The notes under the pieces are model-generated. The model saw only the letters and a list, made by a program, of their open reading frames with translations. It did no database searches and was not told the DNA's origin. A program made the translations under genes and the position numbers. Positions 31,080 to 41,952 of a DNA stretch of 64,000 nt are shown here, piece after piece. Position 1 is the stretch's first letter; each line of letters opens with the position of its first letter. Source of the stretch: Actinomycetes bacterium (lineage in GTDB: Bacteria > Actinomycetota > Acidimicrobiia > Acidimicrobiales > RAAP-2); assembly GCA_021806045.1 (NCBI GenBank), contig JAJZDI010000007.1, forward strand, positions 42,803 to 106,802. The letters are read 5' to 3'.

Positions 31080-32339
31080 GTGGGACGGCGGTGGGTCATG
31101 GCAGCGGGGGCGGTGGTGCTCGCCGCAGGACTGGCAGTGGCGGTGGTCGGCTTCGTCCTGTCCCGCCAGTCGTCCGCGCTGAGCACGCTGGCGGTGGCCA
31201 GTCCAGGGGCCGGCATGGTGGCGACCGCCGAAGGCGCCGGCACGGGGACCCCGACCCACATCGACGCTGCGGCCGGCTCCCTCGGCGGGGCCGGGGCGGG
31301 GGGCGCCGTGCCCGTGCGTCCTGACCTCTACCTGGAGCAGCAGAGCGTGACGGGCCCGTCCGGCAACGTGATCAGCAAGGAAGCAGCCTGGTGGCGGGTG
31401 TGGTGGGACCCGGCGACCGCGACCGAGGACGTGGTGTCGCTCCAGGCACACCTGAACGCATCCGACGCCTCGAGAGCGGTGGCGGAACTCGATGCACGGA
31501 ACCGTGACCCGGCTGGACTCAACTCGGGCAATCCGCTCAACGCCACGCTGTCCTCGACGTTCCCGGTTCCAGGCATCCCCGGTTCGGATGGCTACACCTG
31601 GATCATCTCGCCGCCCGCAGGGATCGCCCATGACTTCTACTTCGCCGTGTTCGCACGGGGCTCGGTCACGGCGCTCGTGTCGGTGGACGGGCTCGAGGGC
31701 TCCAGCACGAACTCGGTCTCCACGCTCGACTCCTTCGCCCGGGCCCAGTACGCGGCGATGAGCTCCCACAAGTCCGGATCGGCGCTCATGATCCTCGGGA
31801 TCGTCCTTGCCATCGCCGGGACGCTCGCCCTGGCACTGGCGGCACGGCGGTCGACGGCAACCGCGTTGGCTCCGGGATACGCGGGCATGGCGGGCGGCTG
31901 GGCCGGTGGGCCGCCGTCGCCGTACGGCACGATGGGCGCCGCCCCGTACGGGACGGGTGGACCGCCCCCCTACGGGGGGCCGCCACCGTACGCTCCCGGT
32001 TCGGCATCGTCTCCCTACGGTGTGCCGTCCCCCTACGCATCCGCCGGTCCTCCCGGAGCGGCGACCGGTCCCGCTCCCGGCGGGTTCGGTCCCGGCCCCG
32101 TGCAGATCGAACCTCCCCCGCCACCCCCACTGCACGCCGTGATCGGCGGCGGCGCCCGTGCAGGTGGCGCCGGTACGGTACCCGTCGCCCCCGTGCCACC
32201 ACTGGTGCCGCCGACCACGATGCCAGCACCGGCCACCCCGGCCGGCTGGTACCCGGAGCAGGGATCCCACCCTCCGATGCTCCGCTACTGGGACGGCTCG
32301 GCGTGGACCGAGCACCGGGCGCCGGCGACGGGTGGGTGA
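31080..32339 (+). CDS. Membrane protein with Pro/Gly/Tyr-rich cytoplasmic tail and C-terminal DUF2510-like motif
   Basis: Two TM segments, a PPYGGPPPYAP low-complexity stretch, and the C-terminal GWYPEQGSHPPMLRYWDGSAWTEH. Confidence 0.6.
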   Translation: MGRRWVMAAGAVVLAAGLAVAVVGFVLSRQSSALSTLAVASPGAGMVATAEGAGTGTPTHIDAAAGSLGGAGAGGAVPVRPDLYLEQQSVTGPSGNVISKEAAWWRVWWDPATATEDVVSLQAHLNASDASRAVAELDARNRDPAGLNSGNPLNATLSSTFPVPGIPGSDGYTWIISPPAGIAHDFYFAVFARGSVTALVSVDGLEGSSTNSVSTLDSFARAQYAAMSSHKSGSALMILGIVLAIAGTLALALAARRSTATALAPGYAGMAGGWAGGPPSPYGTMGAAPYGTGGPPPYGGPPPYAPGSASSPYGVPSPYASAGPPGAATGPAPGGFGPGPVQIEPPPPPPLHAVIGGGARAGGAGTVPVAPVPPLVPPTTMPAPATPAGWYPEQGSHPPMLRYWDGSAWTEHRAPATGG

Positions 32340-32390
32340 CCGGGGCGACCTCCCGGACCGGGGACCGCGCACGCCGCCGGCCGGCGGCAC

Positions 32391-32774
32391 TCAGTGCCTG
32401 GCGCCCCGCTCGACCGGGGGCAGGCCGGCCACCTCGTCGTCGGTGAACAGGCGGGACCGGATGATGAAGCGGACCCCCTCGGGGGCCTCGACCGAGAACC
32501 CGCTGCCCCGGCCCGGCACCACGTCGACCGTCAGGTGGGTGTGGGACCAGTAGCGGAACTGCTCGCCGCCCATGTAGAAGGGCACGCCCCCCACCTCGCC
32601 CAGGAACACGTCGCCCTCGCCGATCCGGAGCTCGCCGAGCGGGAAGCACATGGGGCTCGAGCCGTCGCAGCACCCTCCCGACTGGTGGAACAGCAGCGGT
32701 CCGTGCTGCTCCACCAGCCGTGCCAGGAGGGCGGCCGCGTCGGGGGTGATGTCGACGCGACGGGCCGTCGTCAC
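32391..32774 (-). CDS. DUF779-domain protein
   Basis: 127 aa with LLFHQSGGCCDGSSPMCF. It sits in the usual position immediately downstream of an aldehyde dehydrogenase. Confidence 0.8.
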   Translation of the reverse strand: MTTARRVDITPDAAALLARLVEQHGPLLFHQSGGCCDGSSPMCFPLGELRIGEGDVFLGEVGGVPFYMGGEQFRYWSHTHLTVDVVPGRGSGFSVEAPEGVRFIIRSRLFTDDEVAGLPPVERGARH

Positions 32775-32778
32775 CGGC

Positions 32779-34296
<1,518 letters not shown>

Positions 34297-34604
34297 GGTG
34301 GGCTCCCCCTTGTCGTGCGTGTGCGTTGCCATGAAGACGGATCCGGTCCGGAGGCCGGAGTTGCCGCCGGACGGATCGTGCGCCCGCCGAGGTTGGGAAA
34401 AGGTTGGTCACCGCCGGAGGGTCGCCGGTTGCCGGTCTCCGGTCGACGGCAGGCCTGTCCCCCCGGCCACCGCAGGGCTACCCTGGGCCGAGGACACACC
34501 CGGCACGCACCGGGCGCTCGGATGATCGGGGCCCGCCACCCGGATCCGCGTCGGCCCCTGGTGATCGGGTGGGTGCTGGTAGGCCCCGGAGAACGGGGAG
34601 GGGG

Positions 34605-35861
34605 ATGGACGACGAACTGCGCAGCCGGCGGGGCGAGCTCGAGATCGCTTGGCAGGCCGGCGTCGTCGAGCACACCGGCTCCCATGCCCGCCCGGTCGTG
34701 GCCGACTCGTGGCAGCGCTCTGCGAGGACGGTCGCTCCCGAGCTCGCCGCCGCGCCGGTGGCGCCCCCCGAGGAGATCGCCCGCCGGTGGGCGGCGTCCC
34801 GGCTGGGCCGGGCGAGCAGGGCCATCCTCGACGACCTGACCGACCTGGCATCGGGCGGCGACATGATGGCGGCGATCACCGACGAGGACGTCACCATCGC
34901 CTGGCTGGCCGGCGGGCGCACGATGAGCCGGCTTGCCGAGCGCGTCCACTTCACCGTCGGGGGTCGGTGGTCCGAGGACGCGGTGGGCACCAACGCCCTG
35001 GCCGTCGCCGAGCGGACCAGACGGGCGTCGTCCGTCTTCTCCGCTGAGCACTACGCCTCCATGGTCCACGACTGGGTGTGCTACTCGGCCCCCATCCTGG
35101 ACCCCTCCACGGGACGGTTCCTCGGCGTGATCGACCTGTCCACCGTGTGGCACCAGGCCCACCCCACCCTGCTCACCACGGTCGGTGCCCTCGCCCGGTG
35201 CGTCGAGTACGAGCTGACCGTGTCGGCACCGACCGCGTCTGCCGTGCCCCTCCTCGGCCCACCCGCAGCCAGCGCGGTGTGGGACCCGCCGGTGGTGGAC
35301 GGGGTGCTCCTTCGGACGCTGGGCACGACCGGGGTCTGCGTGGACGGGCAGCTCGTCCCGGCCAGCCCCCGCCAGCTGGAGCTCCTGGCCGTCCTCTCCC
35401 TCCACCCGGCCGGCCTCACCCTCGACGAGCTGGCCGGCCGTGTGTACGGCGACCGGGAGGTGCGCCCGTCGACGGTGAAGGCCGAGCTCTCCCACCTGCG
35501 CCACCAGCTCGGCGGGCGCATCGGGTCCCGCCCCTACCGGCTGGTGGGACCGGTGTTCGCCGACCACCACCTGGTCCTCGACGCGGTCGCCGCCGGCGAC
35601 CTGGCCACCGCCGTCCAGCTCTACCGTGGCCCGATGCTGCCGGCGTCGGAGAGCCCCGACGTCGTCGCCTGGCGCCACCACGTCGACGTGGCCGTCCGCG
35701 ACGCCGTGCTGCGGTCGGGCCAACCCGAACTGCTGTGGGAGCTCAGCGGCCGCTGCACCCACGACGTCGCCGTCCACGAAGCCGCCCTGGAGGCGCTGGC
35801 CGCCACCGACGGGCGGCGCAGCATCGTGGCCGGCCGGATCGCCGGGGCCACGGAGGACTGA
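34605..35861 (+). CDS. GAF-domain transcriptional regulator with C-terminal winged-helix (OmpR/SARP-like) region
   Basis: The N-terminal sensor region (VADSWQRS..., GTNALAVA, ...VIDLST) has the shape of AcoR-type GAF regulators. The C-terminus reads SPRQLELLAVLSLHPAGLTLDELAGRVYG. It is divergent from the aldehyde dehydrogenase. Confidence 0.65.
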   Translation: MDDELRSRRGELEIAWQAGVVEHTGSHARPVVADSWQRSARTVAPELAAAPVAPPEEIARRWAASRLGRASRAILDDLTDLASGGDMMAAITDEDVTIAWLAGGRTMSRLAERVHFTVGGRWSEDAVGTNALAVAERTRRASSVFSAEHYASMVHDWVCYSAPILDPSTGRFLGVIDLSTVWHQAHPTLLTTVGALARCVEYELTVSAPTASAVPLLGPPAASAVWDPPVVDGVLLRTLGTTGVCVDGQLVPASPRQLELLAVLSLHPAGLTLDELAGRVYGDREVRPSTVKAELSHLRHQLGGRIGSRPYRLVGPVFADHHLVLDAVAAGDLATAVQLYRGPMLPASESPDVVAWRHHVDVAVRDAVLRSGQPELLWELSGRCTHDVAVHEAALEALAATDGRRSIVAGRIAGATED

Positions 35862-36102
35862 ATCCGGTCGTATCCGGGCGGGCACGGGACGGCGTCACGC
35901 CCCCGTCGTATCCTCGAAATCGATGAACTGGTCCACCGGAGACATGCCACCGGCACGGCGGGATGCGCCCGCCCGCGTCCCGTGGAGCTACGAGGACGAG
36001 GCCCTGTATTAGACCGCTGTCGCACTCGACAGCCGCAGGCGGGGCATCGCGCTGGAGCCGGCCCTCCACACCTTTCCCCTCGGCGATCCGGACGAGTTCG
36101 TC

Positions 36103-36585
36103 GTGGCCAGCGGCCCCTACCGGCGCGACTACTTCGGCCCGGCTGGCGACGGGACCTACTCGACTCACGCCTTTCACCACCGCGACACCGTCCTCACCCT
36201 CAGCGCGAAGGCGGTGGCGAACTCCCGGCGTCGCCACCGGGCCCGTGAGGAGGCGGCGGACCGGTGGCGGCCGCTCGACAGCGGCACCTTCTACGTCTCG
36301 ACCCGGGCCCTCTTCTTCGAGAGCTGGACCGGCGTGCGCAGATGGAGCCTCGGGGGCATTGATGCCGCCTACATGACCGCCCGCAGCCAGTTCCGCTTCA
36401 CCGGGGTATCCGACCAGGGCTACGAGGTGCACTGGCTCGTGACCTCCGCGTGGGCGGAGCTCGCGTTCGCCCTTTGGGCCCTCACCTGCCGGGTGCCCCA
36501 TCCCCACCTCCTCACGTTGTTCCCCGAGGAATGGCGGGCCCGGGCACGTGCCCGTGGGCTCGCCCTGCCCCGGCTCGACCCCTGA
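36103..36585 (+). CDS. Hypothetical protein (possibly the distal part of a 35923-36585 ORF interrupted by TAG at 36010)
   Basis: 160-codon ORF from a GTG with strong third-position G/C bias, and the opposite strand looks like a shadow ORF. The same frame stays coding-like upstream through an in-frame TAG. Confidence 0.45.
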   Translation: MASGPYRRDYFGPAGDGTYSTHAFHHRDTVLTLSAKAVANSRRRHRAREEAADRWRPLDSGTFYVSTRALFFESWTGVRRWSLGGIDAAYMTARSQFRFTGVSDQGYEVHWLVTSAWAELAFALWALTCRVPHPHLLTLFPEEWRARARARGLALPRLDP

Positions 36586-36668
36586 CCGGAGGCCCGATCG
36601 GGGCATCCCAGGCCCGGCGGGCCAGCCCGGTGTCCGGCCCCTCGTCCCGGCACGGCAGACTCGGGGAC

Positions 36669-37208
36669 ATGCAGGCGACCACCCCGGGCACCATCCGCCG
36701 CCACGCTCGTTCCCTGGTCACGGTGGTGGCCGTCGTCGCCCTGGCTGCCACAGCCGCCGCCTGCTCCCGGACCCCGACCGGCGGCACGCCGCCGCCCAAC
36801 TTCGGCGGGCCGACCAAGCCGCTGCTCGACGGCTCCCCCCACCAGGTGATCACCGGCGAGGTCCACGGGCTCGGCACCGTCCTCACCACCGGCCAGGGGC
36901 TCACCCTCTACGTGTACGCGCCCGACCAGGGGCGTGGCACGTCCATCTGCTACGACATCTGCGCCGCCGAGTGGCCGCCCATGCTTCTCGCCGCCGGCAC
37001 CACCACGCCTCAGGCGGGACCGGGGGTGGAGGCCGGCCTTCTCGGAACCACCCGGCGGACCGACGGCACCCTCCAGGTCACCTACGCCGGCTGGCCGCTC
37101 TACCGGTGGGTGGGCGACGTCGAGCCCGGCCAGGCGACCGGCCAGGGCATCACCAACTCGGGCGGGCTGTGGTGGGTGATCACGCCGGCGGGCAAGGTCG
37201 TCCGCTGA
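36669..37208 (+). CDS. Secreted lipoprotein with two COG4315-type repeats (Lipoprotein_15-like)
   Basis: Lipobox AAAACS. The repeats are GLTLYVYAPD...CYDICAAEWPP and GWPLYRWVGD...GQG....GGLWWVI. Confidence 0.75.
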   Translation: MQATTPGTIRRHARSLVTVVAVVALAATAAACSRTPTGGTPPPNFGGPTKPLLDGSPHQVITGEVHGLGTVLTTGQGLTLYVYAPDQGRGTSICYDICAAEWPPMLLAAGTTTPQAGPGVEAGLLGTTRRTDGTLQVTYAGWPLYRWVGDVEPGQATGQGITNSGGLWWVITPAGKVVR

Positions 37209-37250
37209 CCCCTGGGCGCAGCTCTCCCCTGGGCGCCGCTGACCTGCCCC

Positions 37251-37835
37251 TCAGGCTCCCTCGTAGTCGAACCCGAGGTCGGGCGCGGTGAGGAGGGCAT
37301 GGAAGGCCAGCCCCTCGGCCGCCGCCATGGCCTCGCACGTCCCGCCCCGGTCGACCACGGCCAGGAGCAGCACGGGCTCGGCCCCCACCTCGCGCACCAC
37401 CCGGGCCGCCTCGAGCAGCGAGGTCCCCCGGGTCACCGCGTCCTCGGTGACGACGACCCGGTCGCCGGGATCGAGGGCGCCGGCGATCCGGCCGCCGGCA
37501 CCGTGGTCCTTCTCCTCCTTGCGGACGCTGAACGCCTTGAGGGCCCGCCCCCTGGTGGCCGCCACCCCGGCGGCGATGAACGCCACCGGGTCCGCGCCCA
37601 TGGTCAGCCCGCCGATGGCGGTGGCGTCGTCGGGCAGGGCGTCGAGCACGGCTTCGGCCACCAGCAGCATGCCGTCCGGGCGGCACACGGTCTGCTTGGC
37701 GTCGATGAACCAGCTGCTGCGGCGGCCCGACTTCAACACGAAGTCGCCCCGCCGGACGGCGTGGGTGAGGAGGTGGTCACGCAGCGCCTCCAGCCCCCCG
37801 TCCCCGGCCCCGGCGCCGGCCGCCGCCCCCGTCAC
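37251..37835 (-). CDS. pyrE: Orotate phosphoribosyltransferase
   Basis: GDFVLKSGRRSSWFIDAK and the PRPP-binding motif VVVTEDAVTRGTS. Confidence 0.85.
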   Translation of the reverse strand: MTGAAAGAGAGDGGLEALRDHLLTHAVRRGDFVLKSGRRSSWFIDAKQTVCRPDGMLLVAEAVLDALPDDATAIGGLTMGADPVAFIAAGVAATRGRALKAFSVRKEEKDHGAGGRIAGALDPGDRVVVTEDAVTRGTSLLEAARVVREVGAEPVLLLAVVDRGGTCEAMAAAEGLAFHALLTAPDLGFDYEGA

Positions 37836-38923
37836 TCGCCCTCCCAGCGGAACGATCCCTCGAGCACCACGCCGCCGTCACCCGCCTCGACCCGGCCCAC
37901 CACCGAGGCGGCGGCGCCCGAGCCGGCGAACGACGCCAGGGCCGCCTCCTCCGATCCGGCTGCCACCACCACCACCATGCCGATCCCCAGGTTGAAGACC
38001 CGAACCATCTCGGCGTCCTCCACCGGCCCCAGCCGGCGGATCTCGCCGAAGATCCTCGGCACCGTCCACGACCCGGGGTCGACGACGGCCGTGACCCCCT
38101 CGGGCAGGACCCGGGTCAGGTTGCCGGGCAACCCGCCCCCGGTGACGTGGGCGGCCGCGTGGACCTCGACGCCCGGGTCGGCCAGGGCACCCAGCACGGC
38201 CGGCGTGTAGAGGACCGAAGGCCGCAGGAGCTCGTCGGCGACGGTCACGTCCGCCCCCTCCCACGCGGGGGCGTCGTAGGCCAGGCCGGCCCGGCCGAGC
38301 AGGACGTGGCGGGCCAGCGTGTAGCCGTTGCTGCGCAGCCCGGGGGAGGCCAGCCCGATGAGCACGTCGCCCGCCACCACCCGGTGGGAGCCCAGGATGG
38401 CGTCGCGCTCGACGACGCCCACGGCGAAGCCGGCGACGTCGAACTCGTCGGGCTCCATCACCCCCGCGTGCTCGGCCATCTCCCCGCCCAGGAGGGCGGC
38501 GCCCACCTGCCGGCAGCCCTCGGCCACCCCACCCACCAGGGCGGCCATGTGTGCGGGGTCGACCGAGCCGGTGGCCACGTAGTCCAGGACGAACAGCGGC
38601 TCGGCCCCCTGGCACACCAGGTCGTCCACGCACATGGCGACCAGGTCGATGCCGACGGTGGCGAACCGGCCCGTCTCCCGGGCCACCACCACCTTCGTTC
38701 CCACCCCGTCGGTCGCGGCCACCAGCACCGGCGCCCGGTAGCGGCCCGGCTCCAGCGCGAACAGCCCACCGAAGTCGCCGATCCCGCCCAGCACCTCGGG
38801 CCGGCGGGTGGACTCCACCACGGACCGGATTCGGTCGACGGCCGCCTCGCCGGCGTCGATGTCCACGCCCGAGGCCGCATAGGTGGCGGCGGGCGCGCCG
38901 GGGTGCTGCGCGTCAGGGGGCAT
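37832..38923 (-). CDS. purM: Phosphoribosylformylglycinamidine cyclo-ligase (AIR synthetase)
   Basis: GIGDFGGLF, ATDGVGTK, DDLVCQGAEPLFVLDY and GLASPGLRSNGY. Confidence 0.95.
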   Translation of the reverse strand: MPPDAQHPGAPAATYAASGVDIDAGEAAVDRIRSVVESTRRPEVLGGIGDFGGLFALEPGRYRAPVLVAATDGVGTKVVVARETGRFATVGIDLVAMCVDDLVCQGAEPLFVLDYVATGSVDPAHMAALVGGVAEGCRQVGAALLGGEMAEHAGVMEPDEFDVAGFAVGVVERDAILGSHRVVAGDVLIGLASPGLRSNGYTLARHVLLGRAGLAYDAPAWEGADVTVADELLRPSVLYTPAVLGALADPGVEVHAAAHVTGGGLPGNLTRVLPEGVTAVVDPGSWTVPRIFGEIRRLGPVEDAEMVRVFNLGIGMVVVVAAGSEEAALASFAGSGAAASVVGRVEAGDGGVVLEGSFRWEGE

Positions 38924-38931
38924 GGGGCCGG

Positions 38932-40395
38932 TCAGCCCCCGGCGGTGGTCGACGCGCCGGCCAGCACGGCGGTGGCACCGGACCGGGTCTGCAGCTCCAC
39001 CCGCACCGGGTACTCGCCCGTCAGGCAGGCGGAGCAGAACCCGGCACCCGGTGCGCCGATGGCGGTCACCAGGTGGTCCAGGGTGAGGTACTCCAGCGAG
39101 TCCACCCCGAGGAAGGCGACGATCTCGTCGATCGACTTGACCGCGGCCAGCAGCTCGTCCTGGTCGGGGGTGTCGATCCCATAGAAGCAGGGCCAGCGGA
39201 ACGGCGGCGACGAGATGCGCAGGTGGACCTGGGCGGCGCCCGCCTCGCGCAGCATCCGAACCATCGCCCTCGTCGTGGTGCCGCGGACGATGGAGTCGTC
39301 CACCACCACCAACCGCTTGCCGGCGATGTTCTCCCGCAGCGGGTTGAGCTTGCGCCGCACGCCGTTCGCCCGCTCGGTCTGGGTGGGAGCGATGAAGGTC
39401 CGGCCGATGTAGCGGTTCTTCACCAGCCCCTGGCCGTAGGGGATGCCGCTGGAGCGGGCGTACCCCTCGGCGGCGGGCACACCCGAGTCGGGCACGCCCA
39501 TGACCATGTCCGCGTCGACGGGCGCCTGGTCGGCCAGCAGCTCGCCCATACGCCGGCGGGCCCCGTGGACCTCGACCCCGTAGAGGCGGGTGTCGGGCCG
39601 GGCGAAGTAGACGAACTCGAAGATGCACAGGCGGGGGTCGATCCGCGCCTCGGGGAAGGGGCGTTCGGAGCGCACACCGTCCGCGTCGATCACCACCAGC
39701 TCGCCGGGCTCCAGCTCACGCACGAAGGTGGCGCCGACCACGTCGAGGGCCGGGGACTCCGAGGCCAGCACCCACCCCTCGGGGATGCCGGTCCCGGCGA
39801 CGGGGTCGAGGCGGCCCAGGCACAGGGGGCGGAACCCGTTGGGGTCCCGCACGCCGATGATCCGATCGGTGTCGAGGAGCACGAACGAGAAGGCGCCCTC
39901 GATCTCGGGCAACACGGCGCACAGGGCGGCCTCGAGCTCGCCCACGTGGTCGTCGGGTCGGGTGTGGGCGGCGCCCAGCAGGTCGGCCACCAGGTCGCTG
40001 TCCGAGGCCACCAGGCCGGGGAGCATGCCGGCCCGCTCGGCCAGCTCGGCCGTGTTGGTCAGGTTGCCGTTGTGGGCCAGGCCGAAGCCGGCCTGGCCGA
40101 CGCTCCGGTACACGGGCTGGGCGTTGCTCCACGAGCTGGAGCCGGCGGTGGAGTAGCGGGTGTGGCCGATGGCCAGGTGGCCGCCGAGGCCGGAGAGCTT
40201 GCGCTCGTCAAAGACGGTGGTGACGAGGCCCATGTCCTTCATCACCGTGAGGTTCTCGCCGTCGCTCACGGCCATGCCCGCCGACTCCTGGCCGCGGTGC
40301 TGGAGGGCGTAGAGGCCGTCGAACGTGAGGTGTGCGACGTCACGCCCCGGGGCGTACACCCCGAAGACGCCACACGCTTCCTTGGCCTCCATCAT
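38932..40395 (-). CDS. purF: Amidophosphoribosyltransferase
   Basis: N-terminal CGVFGV nucleophile, GHTRYSTAG, and the PRPP loop VVVDDSIVRGTT. Confidence 0.95.
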   Translation of the reverse strand: MMEAKEACGVFGVYAPGRDVAHLTFDGLYALQHRGQESAGMAVSDGENLTVMKDMGLVTTVFDERKLSGLGGHLAIGHTRYSTAGSSSWSNAQPVYRSVGQAGFGLAHNGNLTNTAELAERAGMLPGLVASDSDLVADLLGAAHTRPDDHVGELEAALCAVLPEIEGAFSFVLLDTDRIIGVRDPNGFRPLCLGRLDPVAGTGIPEGWVLASESPALDVVGATFVRELEPGELVVIDADGVRSERPFPEARIDPRLCIFEFVYFARPDTRLYGVEVHGARRRMGELLADQAPVDADMVMGVPDSGVPAAEGYARSSGIPYGQGLVKNRYIGRTFIAPTQTERANGVRRKLNPLRENIAGKRLVVVDDSIVRGTTTRAMVRMLREAGAAQVHLRISSPPFRWPCFYGIDTPDQDELLAAVKSIDEIVAFLGVDSLEYLTLDHLVTAIGAPGAGFCSACLTGEYPVRVELQTRSGATAVLAGASTTAGG

Positions 40396-40641
40396 CGGTT
40401 GGTCACCGTGTTCACCGAGGGTCGTCGGACGAACGTTGCCCGGGTGATCGCCGATGCATCCGGGACGCGCCACAACCGGCGCGCCCCTCGTGACCCTCTG
40501 CCATCGCCCGGGGACCAGCCTAGCTTGCCGGCGTGGGGACCGGCTCCGACCGCCGCTCCGGGGTCCGCAATCACCACGGCTCCCCACCTCATCCCGGGTC
40601 GTCGAGCGCGACGCCCCACGTCACGGATAGGTTCGGAGGCG

Positions 40642-41490
40642 GTGATCGACCTCCACACCCACTCCACCGTGTCCGATGGGAGCGACCCGCCCGCCCGGGT
40701 GGTGGAGCTGGCCGCCGAGGCCGGTTGCCGGGCCGTCGCCCTCACCGACCACGACTCCCTGGCCGGCCTGGCCGCCGCCGAGGTGCGTGCCGGACAGCTG
40801 GGCATCGAGCTGGTGCCGGGGTGCGAGGTGTCGGTCAAGCCGCCCGCCACCGGGGGGATGCACGTCCTCGTCTACTTCGTCGACGACCCCATGAGCCCCC
40901 TCGGGGTCGAGCTGGACCGCCTGCGGGACGACCGGGCCCGGCGCAACCGGGCGCTGGTGATCCGCCTGGCCGACCTCGGCTTCCCCATCGCCTACGAGGA
41001 CGTGGTGGCCGAGGCCGGGTCCGAGGCGGGTGTGGGCCGCCCCCACTTCGCCCGGGTGCTGGTGGCTTCGGGTGCCGTCTCCTCCGTCCAGGAGGCGTTC
41101 GACCGGCTGCTCGGCAACGGTGCCCCGGCCTACGTGCCCAAGGCCCGGATCGAGGCGCCCCGGGTGGCCGAGCTGGCCACCGCCTCGGGCGGGGTGGCTG
41201 TGCTCGCCCACCCCCTCAGCCTGGGGCTCGCACCCGACGAGCTCGATGCCACCGTCGCCGGCCTGGCCGCCGCCGGGTTCGGGGGCCTCGAGGCCGTCTA
41301 CTCCCGCTACACCCCCGACGAGCGGCGGACGCTCACCGCGCTGGCCCGCAACCACGGCCTGGTGGCGACGGGCGGTTCCGACCACCACGGCACGTTCAAG
41401 CCCGACCTGACGGTGGGCACCGGCGCCGGCGACCTGCGGGTATCTGACAGCGTGCTCGACGAGCTACGGGAGCGCCGGCCGGCAGCCTGA
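40642..41490 (+). CDS. PHP-domain phosphoesterase (TrpH/YciV-like)
   Basis: VIDLHTHSTVSDGS, ALTDHDS and GGSDHHG metal-binding motifs. The GTG has GGAGG 6 nt upstream. Confidence 0.85.
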   Translation: MIDLHTHSTVSDGSDPPARVVELAAEAGCRAVALTDHDSLAGLAAAEVRAGQLGIELVPGCEVSVKPPATGGMHVLVYFVDDPMSPLGVELDRLRDDRARRNRALVIRLADLGFPIAYEDVVAEAGSEAGVGRPHFARVLVASGAVSSVQEAFDRLLGNGAPAYVPKARIEAPRVAELATASGGVAVLAHPLSLGLAPDELDATVAGLAAAGFGGLEAVYSRYTPDERRTLTALARNHGLVATGGSDHHGTFKPDLTVGTGAGDLRVSDSVLDELRERRPAA

Positions 41491-41518
41491 GCAGGCGGGG
41501 ACCAGGCTGATCGATCCG

Positions 41519-41952
41519 ATGCGGACCCACTGGCGCGTCCACGTCCTGCAAGGAGCGGTGCGATCCGGCCGTGCCACAGGCACATGACCGTCACCTCCGG
41601 ATTCGGACGCGCCCGGCGCGGCAGCGGACGCCCTGACGTTCCTGGGCACCCGGCAACACAACAACACGTCCATCGAGATCGCGGTCCGCTGGGAAGACAT
41701 TGCGCTCTCCCGAGACCCCCAGGCCGCCCTGACCCTGCAGCAGCTGGCGCTCGACGAGAGCCTCCTCGGCAACCTGCCGGCAGCCGGAACGGCTCTCAAC
41801 CGCGCGCTCGCCTACGGTCCCGACTTCGAGCCCGTATACGCCGACCAGATCTCGTTGGCGCTGCGAGGGGGACGACCCGGCCTCGCCCGCAGCGGAAGAC
41901 CGTGCCTCCGGCCGAGTGGGAGCGCTGGCACACACGTCCCGGATCTCAGCGG
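41519..41952 (+). pseudogene. TPR-like ORF remnant: 22 codons from ATG, in-frame TGA (41585-41587), then 121 coding-like codons without any start codon
   Basis: The frame after the TGA reads ...AADALTFLGTRQHNNTSIEIAVRWEDIALSRDPQAALTLQQLALDESLLGNLPAAGTALNRALAYGPDFEP... with very high third-position G/C. It is absent from the ORF track because there is no ATG/GTG/TTG. Confidence 0.45.

Noticed and set aside
29589-32390. 933-aa minus-strand ORF, and 33741-35885(-) of 714 aa
   Set aside because: Both are shadow ORFs opposite the esterase, the membrane protein and the GAF regulator. They are Arg/Pro/Gly-rich with no motifs.
36010-36012. Genetic-code reassignment (TAG or TGA as sense, e.g. pyrrolysine or selenocysteine) as the explanation for the three in-frame stops (36010, 41585, 51353)
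   Set aside because: TAG and TGA clearly terminate well-supported genes here. Examples are the hipB TAG overlapping the hipA GTG, the HprK-like TAG followed directly by the next start, and many TGA stops with ATGA coupling. No pyl/sel genes or SECIS-like hairpin were seen. Pseudogenisation or sequence error is more parsimonious.
38551-40641. N-terminal 697 codons of the 979-aa plus-strand ORF 38551-41490
   Set aside because: This part is antisense to purM and purF and reads as junk. Only the last 283 codons, from GTG 40642 with its SD, form the PHP-domain protein.
40396-40641. ZTP/purine-type riboswitch upstream of purF (also checked 62302-62569 upstream of purL)
   Set aside because: I looked on the sense strand for the conserved pfl/ZTP cores (GGGTCGTGAC..., CCGCCTGGGC) and for purine-riboswitch junction motifs. 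I found nothing convincing. A covariance-model scan would be needed to be sure.
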